A DNA stretch of 6,407 nt from a virus (lineage: Duplodnaviria; Heunggongvirae; Uroviricota; Caudoviricetes). A model generated the notes under the pieces. That model did not search any database. It had not been told where the DNA came from and worked only from the letters and a program-made list of their open reading frames with translations. The stretch's first letter is position 1. Each line of letters begins with the position of its first letter. The stretch lies in the IMG/VR virus record IMGVR_UViG_2737471848_000023, positions 1 through 6,407 of that record. One strand, given 5' to 3'. Position numbers and translations under genes: made by a program. Below are positions 1 to 5,168 of the stretch, one piece after another.

Positions 1-153
1 GACGGATAACCACATCGTCGCCGTTCCGTCATCGGCCTGGCTGCACGGCAGGGGGATAGCCATACCCGCCATCGCCATTTGTGTACCCTTGCTGGTGGTC
101 TTTAACTGTGGGTCAGCCACCAGCCGCCCGTAAGCGGCTATCTGTGCTGTCAT
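1..153 (-). CDS. SSB-like OB-fold protein, N-terminal 51 codons only (gene continues beyond window start)
   Basis: ATG at 153..151 preceded by GGAGAGGTG; open to position 1 with no stop. Hand translation MTAQIAAYGRLVADPQLKTTSKGTQMAMAGMAI...TATMWLSV fits the N-terminal pattern of SSB-type OB folds (hydrophobic-G-R/N-L-x-x-D-P-x-L-R/K...T..G). Start overlaps the upstream stop as ATGA. Not in the ORF track because it is truncated. Confidence 0.5.
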   Translation of the reverse strand, partial: MTAQIAAYGRLVADPQLKTTSKGTQMAMAGMAIPLPCSQADDGTATMWLSV

Positions 154-464
154 GATTTCACCTCTCCGGTTTTAACGTTGATGGTTGTTACCTGTTCCGC
201 TTCGGCAATCTCCCGTTCTGTCAGCGTGGCAAAGTTTGCAGCTGCCGTTGTCATGAATGCGCTTATCAGGTCGGGATGTGCTTTCGCGTATCCTTCCCCC
301 GCATGGCGGTCTATCGTTCTGATTGCCACCTTTAAGGTATGCTCAGTCATGTCTAACGCTTTATATTTTGGCTCTGTTCTGTCTCTGCGAATTTTGGTCA
401 TTTGTCGCCCCTGATTCATGTTTTCGGCTGGCATGTTTGTTAAGTGATTTTGATGTATGCGCAT
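150..464 (-). CDS. hypothetical protein (104 aa)
   Basis: ORF from track; ATG at 464 preceded by GAGGGGGTG about 8 nt upstream; stop TGA at 152..150 overlaps next start (ATGA). No motif I recognise. Internal ATGs at 434, 419 and 401 are alternative starts. Confidence 0.55.
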   Translation of the reverse strand: MRIHQNHLTNMPAENMNQGRQMTKIRRDRTEPKYKALDMTEHTLKVAIRTIDRHAGEGYAKAHPDLISAFMTTAAANFATLTEREIAEAEQVTTINVKTGEVKS

Positions 465-510
465 TTATTTTCACCCCCTCGTTTAAAAAGTTTTTAGTTG
501 TGCCTCCCCC

Positions 511-736
511 CCCTCTACCCATCTACCCGAATGCTCATCATGTCAGTAATGGCGAGGCTTTCAGCGGGTAGATAGCTTTTGGGGCTCCTCTACCTGCCGT
601 CTACCCTGCTACCTGAAACTGATAAAATCAGGTAGAAGAGGTAGAGAGCTTTTATTAGCCTTCTACCTGGCCCTCTACCCACTTATCATGTTGAATAATA
701 TGTATTTATTTCATTCGGGTAGATGGGGTAGAGGGC
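511..736. repeat. iteron array, candidate replication origin
   Basis: At least 11 copies of the 6-bp core TCTACC / GGTAGA in both orientations: forward at 514, 522, 589, 600, 662, 674 (plus GCTACC at 608), reverse at 567, 631, 640, 718, 727. Adjacent same-orientation copies are 8-12 bp apart. An AT-rich segment (681..716) lies inside the array. Sits immediately 3' of the primase/helicase gene. Confidence 0.6.
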
Positions 737-748
737 TTTTACAAAAAA

Positions 749-2503
749 TTATAAAAACGCGTCGCAATCGTCTGTTGTAATTGCGTTGGTCTGCGTTACT
801 CCCTTAACTTTTCGCGTAATATATTCATGCCCGTAAACTTTCGCCGCTGGCTTCATGGCCTTGCTGAACTCAGCCACGTTTAGCGGTTTGCTCCTGCCTG
901 CGTATGCCATAAACGCCAGATAGACGCGGTAAAGGCTGTTCCTGGTCGTGTACTTCACTGAATCACCACCGCCACCCATCATCAGGCCGCGCGCTTCCTC
1001 CAGAAAATTCAGGAACTGGCAAAACTCAATAACCGGATCCGTCTGTTGCTTTATTGCCAGTGCTTCATCACCGTCACGCTGTTCCAGTAGTAAAGCCCTC
1101 GCCTTTTCAGGGTCGGTAAAGTTCGCCAGCAAGCGGCGGATAATCACAGGGATTTCAGCCGCGACCTTCTCCGGCAAATCCTTGTCCTTTTCTGCCTCGC
1201 TAACGATATTGTCAAAGCGAAAAATAACCCGACGACGTGCCACGCCTCCGGCCCGTTCGGTGAATATCATCGGGTTGTTGTTGGTCGCCAGCACCACCGC
1301 CCTGATTACCGCCGTGAAACGCTTTTCATATTTCGGGTTAATTTCCACGGGGTCGCCGCCCGTGATTTTCTTGATGCCCGTTCCTTCGCCTGTATATTTC
1401 GGCTGGTCAGCCAGGACGATAAGACGACTCCCGACAACCTGCGCGCGCCCTCCTGCATCATCGAGTGATGTCATCTCCGCGCTTACGGTGTTCTGTTTCC
1501 CTGCCAGAAGGCTGGCTATGTGTGTGAATGTACTTTTACCGCTCCCGCCGTCTCCGGTGGCCTCAATAAACATCTGCCAGTCGTACCGGTTCGCCATAAT
1601 CATGTACAGCGCGGCACATATACGCATCATCTTGCGCGGGTCTTTTCCGGCTGCGTGCTCAAGCCATTTATGAAAGTTTGGCGCGTTGTCGCGAATGTTC
1701 TCCCCTGGTGCTGGTGGCGTGTACTCAATGCCGTTGTGCGTGGTGATCCAGTTCTCCGGCGTGTGCGGGGAAAATTCCCCCGTTTTCAGGTCAAGCGCAC
1801 CATTGGCGAACGGCAGCAAATCGCCGGACGGCTCCCCCATTGGTTCGGCAATAACTTTTAACGCTTCAACGGCGTTATTGATCACGCGTTTGCTGAAAGT
1901 GGCCCTGTGCTCTGAATAGATCGCCACCATTTCGCGGCTAAGTTCCATTGTGCTGACCGGACACCATACCCCGCCGCGCCATACGTGAACGATTTCACTT
2001 TCCGGATGCACACAAACGCCATCAAATCGACCAGCAAGCATCTGTGCGCGTTCACTGTCCGCCATCTGCGAAAGTTGCGCCTTTTGCTTTACCGGAAGCT
2101 CAACGACCAGACCTTCAGAAAGATTCTGGCGCTCACGGGCCAGATATTCGCGCCAGTTCTCCACCTTCTGACCGTGCATTCCTTCGGGGTAAAATTTTGC
2201 ATCCTGTACGCCTGCCGCCGCCAGCTTCTGACCAATCTTTTTGGTCTCCACCAAGTCCAGTTCTCCTGCCTGGTACAGCCTTACGCGTTTTTTTCCATCA
2301 GGAACAATTTGCAGTGCATAAAGTTCGGCAAGCTGATTTGGCCCAAGCCACACAGGAGGCACATTATCGCCGGATGCGGGGCCGTCCTGCTCCTGCCACT
2401 GTTTTGCATGTGCCCACGCATCACTACCCGCGAAAATAATCACCTCTGTGTCTTTGTGTTTTATTCCGCGTGGCTGTTTTTTTACGTTCGGTGCCAGTTT
2501 CAT
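749..2503 (-). CDS. replication protein: primase/helicase with P-loop NTPase domain (584 aa)
   Basis: Long ORF with AGGGG 7 nt before the ATG at 2503. Walker A GDGGSGKST at about aa 317-325 (nt about 1529..1555) and Walker B-like LIVLAD at about aa 361-366, consistent with the SF3/P4-alpha/D5 family of phage-plasmid primase-helicases. N-terminal roughly 300 aa is a separate domain. Start overlaps the upstream stop (ATGA at 2503..2500). Confidence 0.9.
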   Translation of the reverse strand: MKLAPNVKKQPRGIKHKDTEVIIFAGSDAWAHAKQWQEQDGPASGDNVPPVWLGPNQLAELYALQIVPDGKKRVRLYQAGELDLVETKKIGQKLAAAGVQDAKFYPEGMHGQKVENWREYLARERQNLSEGLVVELPVKQKAQLSQMADSERAQMLAGRFDGVCVHPESEIVHVWRGGVWCPVSTMELSREMVAIYSEHRATFSKRVINNAVEALKVIAEPMGEPSGDLLPFANGALDLKTGEFSPHTPENWITTHNGIEYTPPAPGENIRDNAPNFHKWLEHAAGKDPRKMMRICAALYMIMANRYDWQMFIEATGDGGSGKSTFTHIASLLAGKQNTVSAEMTSLDDAGGRAQVVGSRLIVLADQPKYTGEGTGIKKITGGDPVEINPKYEKRFTAVIRAVVLATNNNPMIFTERAGGVARRRVIFRFDNIVSEAEKDKDLPEKVAAEIPVIIRRLLANFTDPEKARALLLEQRDGDEALAIKQQTDPVIEFCQFLNFLEEARGLMMGGGGDSVKYTTRNSLYRVYLAFMAYAGRSKPLNVAEFSKAMKPAAKVYGHEYITRKVKGVTQTNAITTDDCDAFL

Positions 2504-2799
2504 TTTTTACCCCTGAATACGTTAAGCATCTTTTTTATTTCCTGAATATTGGCGCGTGCTTTCTCCCTGCTGGTTGGCTTACTGCGGGGCGCTGCCTGTA
2601 CCAGAGAAAAATCACGCCGGAACTGATAAACAGGCATCACGCAATCATATTCGTAACCTTCACGGCGGTAGGTTACGCGCCGTTCTTCCACGCCCTTAAT
2701 CATTACCGTGCCGCCGTACTGGTCGCGGTAAATATCACCGCGCGTAAATTTAGGGTGAGTGTTGCCACTGGCAGTTAAGCCAGAATATTTAAGTTTCAT
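2500..2799 (-). CDS. hypothetical small protein (99 aa)
   Basis: ORF from track; GGAG about 10 nt upstream of ATG at 2799; stop overlaps primase start. Protein is basic and protein-like in composition. No family assigned. Confidence 0.7.
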   Translation of the reverse strand: MKLKYSGLTASGNTHPKFTRGDIYRDQYGGTVMIKGVEERRVTYRREGYEYDCVMPVYQFRRDFSLVQAAPRSKPTSREKARANIQEIKKMLNVFRGKK

Positions 2800-2804
2800 T
2801 ATTT

Positions 2805-3038
2805 TTATTCTCCGGTGTGCTGTTCTTTATATCTGTCGTGCAATAGATCTATTTCTTGCAGTTCCATTATTACAGGCTCAAGAAGCGTTATTAATGCCGT
2901 GGCAATTCTTGATTTTTGTTTGTCGCGTTCATTGTCGCCAAGTGTTTCAAGCCATATGCGAAATATTTCCATCATGTTTTCACTGTGAGAAAGTGCAAGA
3001 AATGCGCGGTCTATTGTTTGGTGGTAAATATCACGCAT
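2805..3038 (-). CDS. hypothetical small protein (77 aa)
   Basis: ORF from track; GAGGA 9 nt upstream of ATG at 3038; 8-nt overlap (ATGCGTGA) with the upstream gene stop. Acidic, predicted helical. Confidence 0.65.
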   Translation of the reverse strand: MRDIYHQTIDRAFLALSHSENMMEIFRIWLETLGDNERDKQKSRIATALITLLEPVIMELQEIDLLHDRYKEQHTGE

Positions 3039-3264
3039 GGCTTACATCCTCAGGAAATTTTCTTCTATAACGCGCCTCTGCCACATATTCCGCATAATCG
3101 GCGGCGATATTCAGTACATCAAGCCCCGTTGATTTATATTCTCTCGTGGAAAGTAAGAAAAAAGCCGCTCTAATAAGCTCTGGCATTGACGAAAGCGCAT
3201 CAGCCGCATCATCAGGAACGCCGGAAAATTCCTGTTTCAGGGAATTAAAACGATCATCACGCAT
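3031..3264 (-). CDS. hypothetical small protein (77 aa; start trimmed from track ORF 3031..3285)
   Basis: Internal ATG at 3264 is preceded by AGGGGGG about 6 nt upstream and lies 4 nt after the upstream gene stop (3257..3259). The track start at 3285 has no RBS and would overlap the upstream gene by 29 nt. Confidence 0.6.
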   Translation of the reverse strand: MRDDRFNSLKQEFSGVPDDAADALSSMPELIRAAFFLLSTREYKSTGLDVLNIAADYAEYVAEARYRRKFPEDVSHA

Positions 3265-3622
3265 GTTTACCCCCCTGAATGACATGATAACCGCAACTGG
3301 TCAGCAACTCGATAAATTCCGGCAGTGTGCCGAAACAGCAATCATCACGCAGCCGTTCGCAGGATACCTCGACGCCGTTTTCGTAGTGACTCACCATACA
3401 TCCGGTAAAATGCAGATCATCATCGTGATGGCTCGTTGACGGCTTAATCAGTCGCGCACGTTCCGCCAGTTCCAGCAATGCTTCAACGCTTCCGGCAATT
3501 GCACCATCCGGCAGGTGATAATTACGCACTATGCGCCCGTTCTCCACATTGACCAGCAACTGCCCGGTAAATTTCTCGTCAAACTGAATGCTGTTAAGGT
3601 CAGAAATTGACAGGTTATGCAT
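3257..3622 (-). CDS. hypothetical Cys/His-rich protein (121 aa; start trimmed from track ORF 3257..3640)
   Basis: ATG at 3622 is preceded by AGGAGG (minus strand reads ATGTGCAGGAGGTGCACC ATG). Begins MHNLSISDL. Five Cys (positions 75, 88, 95, 96, 110) and several His in the C-terminal half suggest possible metal binding. 8-nt overlap (ATGCATAA) with the upstream gene. Confidence 0.65.
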   Translation of the reverse strand: MHNLSISDLNSIQFDEKFTGQLLVNVENGRIVRNYHLPDGAIAGSVEALLELAERARLIKPSTSHHDDDLHFTGCMVSHYENGVEVSCERLRDDCCFGTLPEFIELLTSCGYHVIQGGKHA

Positions 3623-3839
3623 GGTGCACCTCCTGCACATCAGCCATGATAATTTTTCCGGCCTTATCCAGTGCCTGATCGGCTTTTAGCTGCACAAATG
3701 CTAAATAATGGAAGATGCATTCTGATTCTCTGGCTGCGTGTTTATGCGCCCTGTCAGCAATAACAGAAATATCAATCAGCGCGTGCATCAGTGTAGTGAG
3801 TGCGGCGGCGGTTGCGTCCGGTGTGGTTTTATTGTGCAT
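3615..3839 (-). CDS. hypothetical small protein (74 aa)
   Basis: ORF from track; AGGGGGAA 5 nt upstream of ATG at 3839; 11-nt overlap with the upstream gene; stop overlaps next start. Confidence 0.6.
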   Translation of the reverse strand: MHNKTTPDATAAALTTLMHALIDISVIADRAHKHAARESECIFHYLAFVQLKADQALDKAGKIIMADVQEVHHA

Positions 3840-4035
3840 AGGTTTCCCCCTGACGAATACGGGCAGCGAATACCATCACGCAGCCAGCCGGAGATTGCTG
3901 GCGTGCTTCCTGTTCGCTGGTGGCCTCAATGGTAATCACGCGCGGTTGTGCCGTGCTCAGGGCGATAAAACGCCAGATGTATTTATTCAGGTTGTGCGAG
4001 TCCCGCCCTTGCGGGTGTGTGGTATGATTTCTCAT
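3829..4035 (-). CDS. hypothetical small protein (68 aa), first gene of the leftward operon; tentatively Icd-like
   Basis: C-terminal part of track ORF 3829..4623. ATG at 4035 with GAGG about 7 nt upstream (GATTATCGAGGCAGCT ATG). Sequence MRNHTTHPQGRDSHNLNKYIWRFIALSTAQPRVITIEATSEQEARQQ... The Icd-like resemblance is from memory only and unverified. Confidence 0.5.
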   Translation of the reverse strand: MRNHTTHPQGRDSHNLNKYIWRFIALSTAQPRVITIEATSEQEARQQSPAGCVMVFAARIRQGETYAQ

Positions 4036-4132
4036 AGCTGCCTCGATAATCTTGCTATCGTTGGTGGTTAGAAGCCCTGCGAGTGGTAACGACACTTGCG
4101 GGGCTTTGCATTTATGCACCTTGATAACCTCA

Positions 4133-4168
4133 AGGTGTGGCCCACTATATTCTTTAGGTGTGGCCCAC
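4133..4168. promoter_or_regulatory. two perfect 13-bp direct repeats AGGTGTGGCCCAC, each containing the palindrome GTGGnCCAC; candidate operator
   Basis: Exact copies at 4133..4145 and 4156..4168, 23 bp start to start (about two helical turns). They lie between the divergent RHH gene and the leftward operon and overlap the predicted -10 and spacer/-35 of the leftward promoter. Confidence 0.55.
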
Positions 4169-4173
4169 GTCAA
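4144..4173 (-). promoter_or_regulatory. candidate sigma70 promoter for the leftward small-ORF/primase operon
   Basis: On the minus strand: -35 TTGACG (4173..4168), 18-bp spacer, -10 TATAGT (4149..4144). Predicted start near 4137 gives an about 100-nt leader before the ATG at 4035. Prediction by eye only. Confidence 0.4.
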
Positions 4174-4175
4174 GA

Positions 4176-4204
4176 GTTTTATTTGTGCTTTTTCTGTGTA
4201 TACT
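4176..4204 (+). promoter_or_regulatory. candidate promoter for the RHH gene
   Basis: -10 TATACT at 4199..4204 immediately preceded by TG; the -35 region (about 4176..4181) is a poor match, so this may depend on an activator or be mis-assigned. Back to back with the leftward promoter. Confidence 0.3.
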
Positions 4205-4234
4205 GTCCCCCACCAATCCAACAGAGGAATAGAA

Positions 4235-4414
4235 ATGGCAACGGGTACAACAAACGCAAAATCACAAGCTCTAAAGGCTCGTGTACCACACGAAATAGTA
4301 AACGAGATGGAATTAGTGAAAGAATCAGGCGAAAGCACATCACAATTCATCATTGCGTCAATGCAAGGCGAGATCAAACGCCGCCAGCGCCGCAAGGCCA
4401 AAGAGCAGGAATAG
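4235..4414 (+). CDS. small ribbon-helix-helix (CopG/Arc-like) DNA-binding protein (59 aa)
   Basis: ATG at 4235 with GAGGA 6 nt upstream; stop TAG at 4412..4414. Sequence MATGTTNAKSQALKARVPHEIVNEMELVKESGESTSQFIIASMQGEIKRRQRRKAKEQE has the RHH pattern: a short beta strand (KARVP), helix, G-x-S/T turn (SGESTSQ), second helix, basic tail. The only plus-strand gene in the window. Confidence 0.6.
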   Translation: MATGTTNAKSQALKARVPHEIVNEMELVKESGESTSQFIIASMQGEIKRRQRRKAKEQE

Positions 4415-4502
4415 CCCACCAGCAAGCCAGCACACTGAGCACATTGCCCACCAGACAGCAAATCGCTATGATGTTCGGGCTTATGTTTAGTGTTTTCCCA
4501 TT

Positions 4503-4530
4503 GGCGACCGCCACAGGTCGCCTTTGTTTT
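4503..4530 (+). terminator. intrinsic terminator (plus-strand orientation)
   Basis: Perfect 7-bp GC-rich stem GGCGACC (4503..4509) / GGTCGCC (4516..4522) with 6-nt loop, followed by TTTGTTTT (4523..4530). On the minus strand the hairpin is followed by AATGGGAAAACA, so it is not obviously a terminator for alpA. Confidence 0.6.
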
Positions 4531-4549
4531 ATGTGTCATATGCTCCCCT

Positions 4550-4759
4550 TTACGCTGCCTTACCTGCATTAATACGATCCCTGCTTTTAACCCATTCCAT
4601 AACCTCAGACTTAACCCAGCCAACAGAACGACCGCCGAGACTGATACGTGAGGGGAAGCGGCCCTGCTTTTCCATCTCGTAACGAGTTGTGCGGCAAACG
4701 CCTGTTAGCTCTCTGCATTCTTTTTCGCGGATTACACGATCTTCATTTATTTCGCGCAT
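4550..4759 (-). CDS. alpA: AlpA-family transcriptional regulator (69 aa)
   Basis: ORF from track; AGGA 6 nt upstream of ATG at 4759. Sequence VIREKECRELTGVCRTTRYEMEKQGRFPSRISLGGRSVGWVKSEVMEWVKSR matches the AlpA pattern (..TG.sr.T.Y......FP....LG.RsVGW...Ev.eWv..R). Lies directly downstream of int on the same strand. Confidence 0.9.
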   Translation of the reverse strand: MREINEDRVIREKECRELTGVCRTTRYEMEKQGRFPSRISLGGRSVGWVKSEVMEWVKSRDRINAGKAA

Positions 4760-5088
4760 AAAAAGTCCTACATAAAATTACGTATAGAAATTTTTGTTTC
4801 GCTGTGGATATACGGAAAGATATTACTTCTTAGCTTTTCTTACCTCTTAAATTGAATACGTAACCTTTCTGAACTTTATGTTCGTCAAAGTTCGCTAGAG
4901 TTTGCTGCTGTTCATAAAATCGTGTCACGAGTTTTTAAGCGACGCAACAAAAAATGTCGTCATTTGGTATTACACTTAAATTATCTCATTAAAAACAAAT
5001 AGATAAACCATCAGGTGTTGGAACAATCAAGAAACAGAGAATAAGGATTCAGGAGAGTGAATTTCAATTTTTTCGATGATTGACAAAT

Positions 5089-5162
5089 AAAAAAACGACG
5101 AACTTTGGTCGAACTTCGACGATTTTTTTAAGACGGCTATTTTCCCGAAGAAAAACAGCCGT
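5089..5162. terminator. hairpins downstream of int stop; candidate int terminator
   Basis: Hairpin 5133..5162 (stem ACGGCT/AGCCGT plus inner TTTTC/GAAAA). Second imperfect hairpin 5096..5121 is flanked by A7 (5089..5095) and T7 (5123..5129), so on the minus strand it is followed by a U7 run. The stem has one mismatch, so the call is tentative. Confidence 0.35.
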
Positions 5163-5168
5163 AATTTG

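Noticed and set aside
178-571. Plus-strand ORFs 178..414 and 323..571
   Set aside because: Antisense to the 104-aa minus gene and extending into the iteron region; hydrophobic low-complexity translation; no RBS.
511-736. Possible CRISPR array
   Set aside because: Repeat units are only 6-7 bp, occur in both orientations with irregular short spacing, and there are no 25-40 bp repeats with unique spacers. The pattern fits iterons.
948-2545. Plus-strand ORFs antisense to the primase gene (948..1673, 1520..1861, 1686..1919, 1985..2545, 2044..2439)
   Set aside because: All lie inside the well-supported 584-aa minus-strand gene, lack ribosome-binding sites and have biased non-protein-like composition.
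3265-3285. Longer start (ATG at 3285) for the 77-aa gene
   Set aside because: No RBS upstream and a 29-nt overlap with the preceding gene; the ATG at 3264 has AGGGGGG at ideal spacing.
2470-3439. Plus-strand ORFs antisense to the small-ORF operon (2470..2778, 2759..3070, 2916..3173, 3146..3439)
   Set aside because: Mutually overlapping, no convincing ribosome-binding sites, and they oppose a tightly coupled minus-strand gene series that has Shine-Dalgarno sequences at every start.
3623-3640. Longer start (ATG at 3640) for the 121-aa gene
   Set aside because: The extra codons overlay the AGGAGG that serves the ATG at 3622; the upstream start has no RBS of its own.
3715-4071. Plus-strand ORFs 3715..4071 and 3738..3935
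   Set aside because: Antisense to the 74-aa and 68-aa minus genes; Cys/Arg-rich translation; no RBS.
4458-4565. Short hydrophobic peptide ORF (MMFGLMFSVFPLATATGRLCF...) between the RHH gene and alpA
   Set aside because: No RBS, passes through the terminator stem-loop, and overlaps the alpA 3' end; most likely chance.
4096-4572. 158-aa plus-strand ORF overlapping the RHH gene in another frame and running through the terminator hairpin
   Set aside because: Low-complexity composition, no RBS at its start, and it reads through the intrinsic terminator at 4503..4530. The in-frame RHH gene at 4235..4414 is the better model.
3829-4623. 264-aa minus-strand ORF spanning the regulatory region
   Set aside because: Only the last 68 codons (from ATG 4035) have an RBS and protein-like composition. 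The N-terminal 196 codons are Cys/Trp/Arg-rich, run antisense through the RHH gene, cross the repeats and a terminator hairpin, and overlap alpA in another frame. Caveat: an open frame this long is statistically unusual, so a search of the full translation would be worth doing.
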